Shown piece by piece: positions 1 through 17,152 of a stretch of 64,000 bases of DNA; position 1 is the stretch's first letter; each line of letters opens with the position of its first letter. The translations under genes and the position numbers were made by a program. Below the pieces are notes generated by a model. That model was not told where the DNA came from, did not search any database, and saw only the letters and a program-made list of their open reading frames with translations. Origin of the DNA: the human T2T-CHM13v2.0 reference genome, Homo sapiens; assembly GCF_009914755.1 (NCBI RefSeq), contig NC_060925.1; one strand, given 5' to 3'.

Positions 1-183
1 AGCCTCATTCTTTAATACAAATAGAAAGGCAAGACATTTGAGAAAAGCCAGAAATATGAAGGAGAGCTACCAAGATAATAGAAATAGGAAGAAGAGAAAA
101 ACAGAGTCAGCAGAGATAATTTAGGACCTTCAAGGAAGTTTCTCAATCCTTTAATTTTTACCGCAGTGATTTGGTATCATAAT

Positions 184-240
184 TGTGTTAGTCTGAGCTG
201 CTACAACAGAATACCATAAACTGGGTGACTGAAATGACAA
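184..240 (-). mobile_element. MLT1A-type MaLR LTR, 3' terminal fragment
   Basis: Reverse complement ttgtcatttcagtcacccagtttatggtattctgttgtagcagctcagactaacaca matches the MLT1A terminus and the end of the in-window MLT1A at ~16170-16223. Confidence 0.7.
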
Positions 241-299
241 ACAAGTAATGTGATTTCAGAAAGAGAGAACTACATAAAGAAAACAAAGCACAGTGTTTG

Positions 300-907
<608 letters not shown>

Positions 908-1070
908 AAGAATTCTAAAAATAGATAGCCTGGCCTAAAAGCAACCCATGGGGTATGAGTAGAGAAAAGTACATTGATTAAAGGAACAACAATTAGACTG
1001 ATACCAGGCTTTTCATCAGCAACATTGGATTCTGAGCAACAGTAAAGTGGGAAGACATTTTTGCCATTGA
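908..1070 (+). mobile_element. Old L1M ORF1 fragment
   Basis: aaaggaacaacaattagactgataccaggcttttcatcagcaacattggat resembles L1 ORF1 KG..IRL..DFS..TL coding sequence. Confidence 0.55.
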
Positions 1071-1074
1071 GCAG

Positions 1075-1325
1075 TAGCACATCAGAGTGAAAAACGTGAG
1101 CATTGACTCTGCAGCCAGCTGCCCGTGCTCAAATCTGGTTCCTACTTAATAGCCATGTGACCTTGAACAAATAACTTCTTTTTGCCTTAGTTTCCTTCTC
1201 TATAAAAGGGAGATTTTAATAACCCCTACTTCAATGTTGCTATTAGAACTAAATGGATTATTTTCATAAAAACACTTAAAACAGAAAATGTTGCAAAGTA
1301 AGTCCTACCTAAGTCATTGCTAAAT
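1075..1325 (+). mobile_element. MIR SINE
   Basis: Core-like tgtgaccttgaacaaataactt...ccttagtttccttctctataaaaggga and MIR tail. Confidence 0.75.
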
Positions 1326-1799
1326 AAATAAAAAACATTCCAGGACATAAGAGGTTTACTTCACTTGTACCCTTTCTTAGGAAATTACTTTAGGATGTAT
1401 ATGAGTCAAAGTAGTGATTTTGTTAGGATGCTTTTGGTAACGGGGAGCAGAATACCCAAGACAAGCTGACATAAAAAGAAGTAAGCCGATTCATTACTTT
1501 GCATAATGGTCGGGTTCGGGGAGTAGGCTAGAATTGTGGCGCAATGCAATCAGAGTTCCAGCTGTGCTCCTCAGTGGTTCTCTCAGTCAGTCTTCCCTGG
1601 ATGTCTCCTCGAGTTGGCTTCTCTCCTGGTTATAAGATGCCTGTGATAAGCATTGGTGGCTACATGATACTTCAGTAACAGCCGGGGGAGGAGTATGACT
1701 TGCTTTAAACATTGTCCTAAAGTCATAGGCTTTCCACTGAGTAGGCCACCCTCATGTCCAGGGGGATGCACAGCCTGATTGGGTTAGACCTTTGAAGAG

Positions 1800-2407
1800 A
1801 GTTGGGGACATAGTCCCTAACAATGCCCTCAAATCTGACACCAATTGCAAGTTTGTGAGATTTTCAAGACTACCCTCAGTTTCAATAATTCTCTAGAAGG
1901 TCTCACAGAATTAGAGGAAAGCTGTTATATTCATGATTATTACAGGAAAAAGATATAGATTAAAATTAGCCACAGGAAAAGTCCAAGAGAGCTCCAGACT
2001 TAGAGCTCACAGTCATTCTCTTCCCATGGAGGCACCGACAGTGTTAACTCCTCTGGCCATGATATGTGACAATACACACAGAGTATTGCCAACCAGGAAA
2101 GCTCACCCAAGCCTTTGGTGTCCAGAGATTTTACTGGGGCTCTATCCAACACTGCCTGCATGGCTGAACATTAATTTCCAATCTTTTTAGAGGTCAGGCT
2201 GATCTTCAGTCTCTTCACAGGTTGGAACCGATATTAAGTGGCTTAGAGCCCCTTTCATAAATCACATTGCTAGACTGGCTGTCCAGTGGACAAACCCCCC
2301 ATGCAAACCAAGACACTCCAATCAGGCAGGACATTCCAGGACCTAGAGATTGCTCCCCAGTGGCCAAGCACAAATGTCTTTGGATAAGGTTACTTCTTCA
2401 CTCCACA
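1800..2407 (-). mobile_element. MER21(C)-like ERVL LTR
   Basis: gagtattgccaaccaggaaagctcacccaagcctttggtgtccagag and caggcaggacattccagg motifs; terminus ...ttcactccaca. Confidence 0.7.
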
Positions 2408-2561
2408 ACCTTGGTAGAGAACACTGCGAAGAGACTAAGAGGGACAGGATTATTTAGATTGATTTAAACCAATCGGGACCAACTACAGAAACTGGAATTG
2501 AAGTCAGTCCCTCTCAAACTGCATGGCTGCCACCCAATGGGGGTGAAGAGGATAAATATGT

Positions 2562-2621
2562 GAGCAACAATCACAATGACTAATAAGAGAGCAACAATCA
2601 CAATGACTAATAAGAGAGCAA
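2562..2621 (+). repeat. Perfect 27-bp tandem duplication
   Basis: gagcaacaatcacaatgactaataaga x2 + gagcaa. Confidence 0.95.
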
Positions 2622-3541
2622 ACCAAGGAGGGAGACGTGGAATCCAGTAAATGGTGCATCCAAGACAGGAGGGCAATGAAGGCAAGATTCAGGATAATGA
2701 CTTTACAGCAGTGAAGCATGAAGTCCAGCCTGTAGCAAGGAGGTGGATGGTTTTAGAAGGACCAGAGATGAGAAAAAGGGAATGAGATTATTTCTAGAAT
2801 AGGTAGGGGATCTGAAACATTGGAAGAACTTAGAAGATGAACACAGAGTGTAAGAGCAGAAACTCTGAAAAGGACAAAAAATTTTACAACAAAGGGCTGA
2901 AATCATAGCAAAGTGCTGCATTATTCAGCAGTGAATAAATATGTGGACATCATAACATAAATGCCACCAACTGACCTTCAACATTCAGAATCTTCCTTTC
3001 CATATATTCAACATGAGATTAATGTTTGACTATAGGACAGAATGCAAATGTTATCAACTTCAATAATGTAAAAAAGTACAGGATTCAGGTGAAAGAGAGA
3101 GATGGATATAGAAAGGTATGGAGTCACTAATATCTTTATCTTATGAAGTAGAAAGTCAAGAAAAATTATCTATAATTAGCGGAATAAGAAATAGAGTTTT
3201 GAAGGTAACCAACAGAGGAACTAAAGAGTAATATATTTATTCAGAGGAAGTGATGAATAGAGATGGGAATTTAGGTAAGCTAAATATGTAATCATGATAG
3301 CAAGAAGCCAATAGGAAATGTCTAAATTAGATACAATATCAAGAAACAATAACCATAAATTTGAAGACATAGGGGTTATTGCTAGAAAACAAACATTGAA
3401 AGCATCAAAAGTGGCATCCCAGATAGTGACCATGTAATTTAATATCTCAACTATGATACTTTGGAGTAAAATAATAGCAATAATAATTTACAGTAGGACA
3501 AACAAATCAGGATGCCCAGGATGTGTGACCTCCCTAGTTAA

Positions 3542-3847
<306 letters not shown>

Positions 3848-5289
3848 TAGTTTTTTGTATTTCAATAAATAGAAAAATTATTTTAGAAAATAAAAGCAGA
3901 TGTAGGCCAAGGTGTTAAGGGCTCACTGTGACATCTCCTCCAAAATCTTAGCATTTTAAGAGAGATGCGGTATCTTAAATAGTAGCCATGCTATCTCCAA
4001 GTTGAGCTTTAGCTCACAAAATAAACATGACATAAATGTTCACCCATCAATCTTATTCAAAAATAGAAAGAACATTATTTTCATAATTTAAAAATATAAG
4101 TATGTTATACCTGAAAAAATTTATGAGAAAGTTTTTGAGATGAAATCCTGGATATTGGAAAAAATTCTTGCTTAGACTAAGGTTTGCTCATTTGCCTCTA
4201 CTTTTAGATGCACTCTCTTTGGAAAGTTTGCAAATCCCCAAGTGAATGGATTGGAAATGCCTGTGGCAAGATGTTAGAGACAAATTTTAAAATGGGAGAG
4301 GAGAATAGGTAATATTCTGTGCACCTGCAGATCCCCCCATCAAGTTTCGTCCTCTAGCTGTTCTGCAGTTCACAATTGATGCCCTCTGTTCCAATGTGAA
4401 CACAAATAGAGGTCACCCTTTCTGGAATGCCCCACTTACTGAATTTTCCAATTGCTGCTGGACTCCCTGTGAATGGTATAACCACCCAGCCACAAAGCTC
4501 TGGGTTACTAACAAAGCAGCAGAATTTCCTTTGCCAGTATGACAGGGAACCTGAATCATAAGGAAAATCTTTCTTTGGGGAAGTGATATGAAAATCAAGA
4601 CTCCAGAGTGTGGTGTGGAAAGGACTCAGCAGCCTGGGAAGAAGGCACCAGAGACCTGGCATCAGGTCAGCAACTAGGAAGGGCACCCTAGGAAAACCAG
4701 GAGCTGACCAGAACACAGAGCCCACTTCTACTGGGACCTTTCTGTTCCATGTGGGTGGTCACCTTCTCCAATGGAGTCAGTGTTTCCAGCTCGTTACTCC
4801 TCTCCCTGTCTGTTTCTCTCTCACCCTCCATCTATCTGCCACCATCTCTCATTTCTGCTCTGCTCCAAGTGCAAGCCTTAGTGTGGATAGACTTTTCCAT
4901 GTGGTAGAAAATATGCTTGAAAGCAACCCTGGGATTATAATCTTTTAATGTCATAACCTTAGCCAAGGGTACTCACTACCAGTGTTGTTTATAAATCCTT
5001 GGGGAAAGATAGCTCAAGTTAGGTAATATGCCCACTTCTTGGGCTGATAACCAAGGTCAGGAGAGTTAAGTACTATGATTGATCCTGGTTTTGGGGTAAT
5101 GGAGCTTGCTACCAGAAAAAGTAGGTTACACCGATACTGCTGTGAGACCAGCAGCCACACCAATTTGAGCATATGTGAAGGCTCTACCATCTTTACATTT
5201 AGTTTTGTGTTCCATATTTCATGATATCCATACTCCAACATACAAGTTCAAACAGAAATCAGTTTGAAATAGCTAGATTTATGTTTTCC

Positions 5290-6785
5290 AAATTTATTGA
5301 GGTTGTATGTGTTTAAGGTATACAACGCAATGCTTTGATATAAATATATATTGTGAAAGGATTACCATAATCAAGTTAGTTAATATATTCGTTACCTCAC
5401 ATGGTTACTTTAAATGTACAATGCAGTATTATTAATTATAGTTACCATGTTGTATATTAGATCCCCACTTACGTATTTTATAACTGAAAGTTTGTACCCT
5501 TTGACCAACATCTCAATTTCACCACTTCTCAGCCTCTAGCAACTACCATTCTACTCTCTGTTTCTACGAGTTCAACATTTTTAGATTCCACATATAAGTC
5601 ATATCATACAGTATTTGTCTTTCTCCTGTCTGACTTATTTCACTTAGCATAATGCCCTCAATATTCATCCATGTTGTCACAAATGGCAGGATTTCCTTCT
5701 TTATATGGCTGAATAATACTCCACTGTGTGCATGGATAGGTATGTGTGTGTGTATATACCACATTTTCTTCATTCTTTCATCCATCCTTGGACACTGAGG
5801 CTGTTTCCATCTGCTGGTTATTGTGAATAATGCTGCAGTGAACATGGGAGTGCAGATATCTCTTCTGGAATACGTCAAGATATGCATTTCGTTTCCTTTG
5901 GATATATACTCAGAAGTGAAATTGCTGGATCATATGGTAAATCTATTTTTAATTTTTTGAAGAATATTCATACTGTTTTTCATAATGGATTTACCAATTT
6001 ACATTCCCACAAACAATATACAAGAGTTCCCTCTTTTCCACATCCCTGCCAATACTTATTTCTTGTCTTTTTGATAATAGCAATCCTAACAGATGTCAGG
6101 TGATACCTCCTTGTGGTTTTGATGTCCATTTCCCTGATAATTAGTAACGTTGAGCACATTTGCACGTACCTGTTGACCATTTGTATGCCTTCTTCAGAAA
6201 AAATATCTATTCAGGTCCTTTCCCTATTTGTAATCTGATTATTTGATTTTTTTCTACCAAGCTGTATGAGTCCCTGATACGTTTTGGACAGTAATCTCTA
6301 ATCAGATACATGATTTGCAAATAATTTCTCCCATTCTGTAGACTGCCTTTTTCATTTTGTTGATTATTTACTTGCTGTGCAAAAGCTTTTTAGTTCAATA
6401 TAATCCCACTTATTTATTTCTGCTTTTGTAGCCTGAGTTTTTGGTGTGACATCCAAAAAAATCATTGCCAAAGCCAATGTCAAGGAGTCTTCCCCTATGT
6501 TTTCTTCTAGGAGTTTCATGGTTTCAAGTGTTATATTTAGGCCTTTTGCCCATTTTGAGTTGATTTTTGTGTGTGGGGTAAGATAAGGGTCCAATTTCAT
6601 TCTTTTGCATGTGGATATCTAATTTTACCTTCACCATTTATTAAATAGATCATCCTTTTCCCCATTGTGTCTTTTTTGGTGTTCTTGTCAAAAATTAGTT
6701 GACCATATATGTTTGGATTTATTTCCAGAGTCTCTATTCTGTTCCACTGGTCTATATGCCCATTTTTATGTCAGTACCATAGATT
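5290..6785 (-). mobile_element. L1MA-type 3' fragment (ORF2 C-terminus + 3'UTR)
   Basis: ORF-track peptides [46 protein letters not shown] are L1 ORF2 C-terminal motifs, frameshifted; L1MA-like 3'UTR. Confidence 0.9.
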
Positions 6786-7149
6786 TTAAAAGGTAGAATT
6801 TACTACAGGAATCCTCAGTCTATAGAGTAATTGGAAGAAAGCACCCCCAGCAACTAACTGCATATATTTCAGAAAGATTGACTCAATCTCAATATGAACT
6901 ATGACTTGTAGGGGTAGATCTCTACCCTTGGTCCAATCACCTGTGTGCAAGGGATCACAGCCTGAGCAAGGCAGCAAAGAAGTACAGAGGTGAAGGGTCT
7001 GAAGCCAGAATGGCTCATGGTCATTCAGAATTTTTAAAGTGTTTTCAGTGACCGACAAGAAACTTCTGATTTCATAAAGCAGTTCAACCCATTATTTGTC
7101 AATTCTCTTGTTAGAGCTTTAGAGCTAATTCTGTCCTGACTGACCTGAG

Positions 7150-7400
7150 TAGCTTGGATTGAGCACTGGGTTTCTTGCATACTACTTCTGATTCCACCAC
7201 TACAGCCACCAGTTTGGGGGTCTATGACCTTTGACAAGTTTCTGAATTTCTATGAGACTCAGTTTCCTCAACTAGAAAACAATATCATAATAGTACCTCT
7301 GTCATAGTGTTGTTGTGATGATCAGATGAGATGCACTAACTTAAGCACTCAGTTTAGTGCTGAACACAACATGTTCAAGAAATCACTATTAGTATTTTAA
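7150..7400 (+). mobile_element. MIR SINE
   Basis: tatgacctttgacaagtttctgaatttctatgagactcagtttcctcaactagaaaac core and tail. Confidence 0.7.
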
Positions 7401-7589
7401 TCAGTATTTATTATAATAGATTAAGCTGAGATATGCCTTTTTTGAATTTCTACCTACTGAACCATAAGTCTACTCTCTGTAACGATACAGACTAGGCCTG
7501 CTTCTTCTGCACAAAAGCCCTTCAAAAAATTAAAACCAGATATCTTCTCTGTTTATAATATCTGCCTGATGCAGGAAATATGGAAGTTA

Positions 7590-7870
7590 AGAAAGCAGTC
7601 TTGGTCTAGTGGCTTGAGGTCCAATCTTCAATAAGTCATTCACCAGTTATGGGTCCTTAGACAAGTTCTTACTTTCTTCAAATTCAGATTTCTCATCTGG
7701 GGACTGAAAATAATTATATATACTTCATAATGTTATTATAAGAGTAACATGAGATAATGCCAGCAGTGTTACATTATTGGAGAGTCCCTTAATAGATAAT
7801 AAATATTTTTTTCTATTTTTGCCAGGAGAAAAAGAGCCATGGCTTAGTGCTTGGTTGTGGTGGACAGTGA
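7590..7870 (+). mobile_element. MIR SINE
   Basis: gtccttagacaagttcttactttcttcaaattcagatttctcatctg...gagataatg. Confidence 0.55.
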
Positions 7871-8170
7871 TCATTGGATGCATTATGAACCTGATGAAGA
7901 CAGAAGCAGAGAGCATCAGAATTCTCTTACCTGCAAAATTTACCTATCCTTTGTCTATTCATTCAAGGCTCTGCTCTCTTCTGAAAACATTCTAATGATG
8001 GCTGGTTAGTTTAATATGTTTTAACTCCAATTAATATGGCTGCATTTTAACCAGGACATGTATAGTGGTAGCTATTACCAGGGTTGGAGCAGGATATTGG
8101 AGGAAATAAGAGAGCAGAAGCCTTGGGGCAGACAGAAACAATCACATAACCAACCAGTAGTTCATAAATT

Positions 8171-8457
8171 AGTGGTTTTCAAACTTTAATGTGTATCAGA
8201 GTCACCTGGTTTAGTAGGGCTGGGCAGGATCATCCTCAGGTGATTATGATGGAACCTAAAATTTGAAAGCCAGTGTTGTAGGTTAGTGGTTCTCAACTTT
8301 AGTTGTCTATTGGAGTCACCTGTGAAGTTTTAAAACCTGGTAGCCCTGGCCTTATCCACATTGATACTTTCAGTTGGTCTAAGGTGGGATCTAAGCATAA
8401 ATACGTTTTTAAGTTCCCCCCGAGATTCTGATGTTCAGCCAAATTTGAAAATCACTG
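8171..8457. mobile_element. Two adjacent MER5-type hAT MITEs (8171-8275, 8284-8457)
   Basis: Termini agtggttttcaaactt...tttgaaagccagtg and tagtggttctcaactt...tttgaaaatcactg, with internal gagtcacctg motifs. Confidence 0.7.
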
Positions 8458-11217
8458 ATGGGTGTCTTTCTGCAGCTAACTAGGCCAGGATGAGTGATAG
8501 GTGGAGAAGAAGATATGCAGTCCTCCAACAGCCTCCCAGATAGCTGGATCCACCTGTCAAAGTCAAACTCCCTTTAGAAAGAATGTTCCACCTCTCTGGG
8601 GTAAGTGGCATATTTACAGCCATTTCCTCTGTTCATTGTCAGGCCTGAGACATTGCTGAGTGCTATGGAATAGGTGTCATGCTTCTCTCCAGGTGGGTAA
8701 AAATGATTCTGAAATATAATTTTCAGAGTACATGAGGCAGAATGTATTATGTGTGTATAAATTAGTAGTCGCCACAATAATAATGAGGCTTCAGAAAGCA
8801 CTTACTAAAAATGGTTTGATTTTCAAAGAGGCCAAAATAGTTTAATTTAAGGGTATATTACCACTCAAGTGTAGGGATCTGTTCATGTGGCTTTTATTGA
8901 TGATAATTGTAGTTTAAACTCTTATTCAGTAGGTGTGGTAATCAAATACTACATTTAAAAGATGACTTAAATACTGGCCCACATATAGGTTGGTCAACAT
9001 TTTCTTTCCAAGGGTTATTCCCCTGCCATTTAAATGCTAAAGAACTAAAGTCAACTCATTTCAGATTTTTCTAAATCCAAGTCAAAAAGGTTTGCACTTT
9101 GTCCTTTATTCCACTTCTTACATTTCTAAGACAGATGAAACAATGATTTTGTTTTGTTTTGTTTTGTTTGTTTATTTATTAAATGTACTATGTTACCTAG
9201 ATCCTTAAGGACACAAGAAACAATTCTCAAGGTATTGTAAGTGTTATGAATAAGGTGGGAGCAGAACTTCAGGTATTTTTATGATAACAAGATACGAAGT
9301 TGGGTAGCCAGGCCTCATAAAAGACTCATAAAAAGCAGAACGAGTTGGCATTGTCGTCAAAGCATAAAGGAGCTGGCCCTGGTAAGCCAGGAGAGTTTGG
9401 GACCAGGTGGTTACTCAGGATCCAGAACCGCTCTAGAAATTGGGTATTCTCCCCAGGCCTCATTCTGAATGTGGTCATGTGCTTGGAAGCCTCATTGGGC
9501 TAGAAAAGTGGGACTGTCCATCCTAGAGATATATGTGGACTGGATGGAAAATCCATGCCAAAGCAAGGCTGTCTTAGGAATCAGCTTCACTCTTCAGCTC
9601 CCTCTTTCTCATGGGTCTCTTCTTTCTCTTTTGTCTCCTCTATTGTCCTCTCTGAACTGACTTGCCAACCCAACCAAAAGTAGACTGGTCTGATGGTCTG
9701 ATTGGTTTGACTAATATTACTGTTGGTATTGGGCTGAGAACTTCACACCAGGGATCTCATGAATCTGCAGATAGGATCCCTGGCTCACTTTTGTCCCTGC
9801 ATGAAGAATGTACCAGCCCTACTTCCTGAAGCAGAAGGCTGTTAAGGAGATAGTTGCATCTAGAAGGAGAAGTTGGGTACAGCAGGCACCATGTTTGACA
9901 CACCCTTAAAATCATGAACATTCTTTTACTAATCCTACTACTACTAACCTACTACAAATCCCACTACTACTAACAGCACTCTATTCTGTACATGTTTATA
10001 GTTTCTTATTAGTCATGTTCACTACTGCCTCTTTGGCCTACCTGCCTTTTTATCTGTAAGTATTTCATATTTCCTTTCTTGTCAATTGATTTTTTTTTTC
10101 ATATTTACAGTTCAAACTCTTAACCAAGATCTGGTTGGTCTAGCTTGTCATTATAGACCCTACTTGGCAAAGATCTCTTGTAAGGCTACACTTTAAGTTA
10201 CTAGTCAACCAATCAATGTGCCCCTTTGGGTCAGGTGTCCTCCCCAATCCAATCAATTGTATCGAAGGTGGGGTACGTTGTCACACAGTCGCCTGTGTGT
10301 ACCTTAAGATTTCTCATTTTGCTGGCACTATATAGAAGGAACACTCATAAGGCAGCTATAGTAGTCAGCGCTCTTATTTGTGGATCATAGATATACCCAG
10401 TTTAAGTTTAGAAAAAGTTTTCATAAAAGATATTAGATAGCTTTCAGAATCTCAGGCAGAACCAAGAAACCCAGGCTTGGATGATATGCCATCAAGACCA
10501 GAGCAGCCTAAAAAAAATTTCCAATCACTGAGGACTGTTCTAGAGAAACACCATTGCTGCCAAACCTCCTGCTTGACACCTGGGCCACTTGGTGCTAGCT
10601 CCAGAAATTCTACTTTAACTTCCCTAAAGGACCAGATACCTTCATTCCTGGTTTACCTGGTGATCAGGTCTCATGTCCAGCATCTGTTGTCTCATAAGAA
10701 CTCAATTACTCTTCTAAGTCTCATAAGAAAGCATCTGCAATGGATTGCAAAGCATCTGTAGAGTCATATGTTGAGACTCTAGTCCCAAGGATTAGATGAT
10801 TTTTTTTATTATACTTTAAGTTTTAGGGTACATGTGCACAACGTGCAGGTTTGTTACATATGTATACATGTGCCATGTTGGTGTGCTGCACCCATTAACT
10901 CGTCATTTAACATGAGGTGTATTTCCTAATGCTACCCCTCCCCCCTCCCCCAACCCCACAACAGGCCCTGGTGTGTGATGTTCCCCTTCCTGTGTCCATG
11001 TGTTCTCATTGTTCAAGTCCCACCTATGAGTGAGAACATGCGGTGTTTGGTTTTTTTGTCCTTGTGATAGTTTGCTGAGTGTGATGGTTTCCAGCTTCAT
11101 CCATGTCCCTACAAAGGAAATGAACTCATCATTTTTTATGGCTGCATAGAATTCCATGGTGTATATATGCCACATTTTCTTAATCCAGTCTATCATTTTT
11201 GGACATTTAGGTTGGTT

Positions 11218-14848
<3,631 letters not shown>

Positions 14849-14896
14849 TTATTTTGCTCGTTAGTTGATGCAGTTTCTTCCTTGCCTCGATGGTCT

Positions 14897-15829
14897 TTAC
14901 AATTTGGCATGTTTTTGCAGTGGCTGGTACTGGTTGTTCCTTTCCACGTTTAGTGCTTCCTTCAGGAGCTCTTGTAGGGCAGGCCTGGTGGTGAAAAAAT
15001 CTCTCACCTTTTGTTTGTCTGTAAAGTATTTTATTTCTCCTTCACTTATGAAGCTTAGTTTGGCTGGATATTAAAATCTGGGTTGAAAATTCTTTTCTTT
15101 AAGAATGTCGAATATTGGCCCCCACTCTCTTCTGGCTTGTAGAGTTTCTGCCAAGAGATCAGCTGTTAGTCTGATGGGCTTCCCTTTCTCTCTGGCTGCC
15201 CTTAACATTTTTTCCTTCATTTCAACTTTTGTGAATCTGACAATTATGTGTCTTGGAGTTGCTCTTCTCAAGGAGTATCTTTGTGACGTTCTCTGTATTT
15301 CCCAAATTTGAATGTTGGCCTGCCTTGCTAGATTGGGGAAGTTCTCCTGGATAATATCCTGCAGAGTGTTTTCCAGCTTGGTTCCATTCTCCCCATCACT
15401 TTCAGGTACACCAATCAGACGTAGATTTGGTCTTTTCACATAGTCCCATATTTCTTGGAGGCTTTGTTCATTTCTTTTTATTCTTTTTTCTCTAAACTTC
15501 TCTTCTCACTTCATTTCATTCATTTGATCTTCCATCAGTGATACCCTTTCTTCCAGTTGATTGAATCGGCTACTGAGGCTTGTGCATTCGTCACGTAGTT
15601 CTCGTGCCATGGTTTTCAGCTCCATCAGGTCCTTTAAGGACTTCTCTGCATTGGTTATTCTCGTTAGCCATTCGTCTAATTTTTTTTCAAGATTTTTAAC
15701 TTCTTTGCCATGGGTTCGAACTTCCTCCTTTAGCTCGGGGTAGTTTGATCGTCTGAAGCCTTCTTCTCTCAACTCGTCAAAGTCATTCTCCGTCCAGCTT
15801 TATTCCGTTGCAGTTGAGGAGCTGCGTTC
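14897..15829 (-). pseudogene. Disrupted L1 ORF1, N-terminus missing
   Basis: Peptides ...ELKEEVRTHGKEVKNLEKKLDEWLTRI... and KRPNLRLIGVPESDGENG...REKG; start codon region absent (spliced out). Confidence 0.92.
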
Positions 15830-16767
15830 CTCAGTTGGAAATGCAGCGTCTTCTGCGTCGCTCACGCTGGGAGCTGTAGACTGGAGCTGTTCCTATTCGG
15901 CCATCTTGGCTCCTCCCTCGGATTAGATGGCATTGATGGCATTTGGAGAAGGGGCCTTTGGGAAGTAATTAGGGCATGAGAGTGGAGCCCTTCTGAATGG
16001 GATTCATGCCCTTAGAAGAAGAGACCAGAGAGCTAGCTAGTTATCTTTCTGCCATGTGAGGACATAGCAAGAAGATGGCTACCTTTAAACCAGAGAGAGG
16101 ACCCTCACCAAGACGGTGTGGACACCCTGATCTTATATTTCCAACCTCCAAACTTTGAGAAATAAATGTTTGTTGTTTAAACCACCCTGTCGGTGGTATT
16201 ATAGTAGCCTGAACTGATTAACATGGCATCTATTCGGCAGAAATTAGATCATGTGTAAAATTTTAGCTACAAAGGATTTGGGGAAATGTGAAGTTTGTTT
16301 TCTAGCCCTTGTGGTTTATGAATCAAGCTAGGCAACCGTTCAAAATGGGTTCTGAAAGGACCAAAATAAAGACTGTCACAGGGGAATTCTGAGATTTTAA
16401 CATTCCCATGTCTCTCATGCAGTCTTTAAAGAACACTGTGAAGAATGCCATATATGGGTAAACAGTTGTCCTTATTTGGGTAATACGGAGGTACCCTCTT
16501 GCTGGTTTTTTTTCTAAAAAAATGTGGGCTCTCTCAATCAGCCAAGTTAAACTTCTGGTTCACCTATTTCTTTCTACATCCTTTTGCTGAAATCTTTCTT
16601 CCATTCTTGGAAATCTCTCCTATTCTTCACCACAAATATGCATGCAACCCCAAATTCCAAGAGCCAGCTTATACCTCACTGACTTCAAGGTGCCTGCCTT
16701 CCCTAAGTCATGCTATCATATTGTGATCACATCTTCAGTGCAAAACTGTCTTCCCCCTCAAGGAGTG

Positions 16768-17152
16768 TGATACGGTTTGGCTCTGTGTTCCCACTCAAAT
16801 CTCACACTGAATTGCAATTCCTTCCCAGTGTTGGGGGAGGGATGAGGTGGGAGGTGATTTGATCATGGGGCAGATTTCCCCCTTGCTGTTCTCACGATAG
16901 TGAGTGAGTTCTCAGGAGATCTGGTTGTTTAAAAGTGTGTAGCACTTCCCCTTTAGCTCTCTCTCATGCTCCACTACATAAAGATGTGCCTGTTTTCCCT
17001 TCGCCTTCTGACATGATTGTAAGTTTCCTGAGGCCTCCTCAGCCACACTTCCTGTACAGCCTGTGGAACTATAAGTCAATCAAATTTGTTTTCTTCATAA
17101 ATTACCCAGTCTCAGGTAGTTCTTTATAGCAATGTGTGAACAAACTAATGCA
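16768..17152 (+). mobile_element. MSTA solo LTR
   Basis: tgatacggtttggctctgtg...aaactaatgca; 5-bp TSD gagtg (16763-16767, 17153-17157). Confidence 0.9.
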
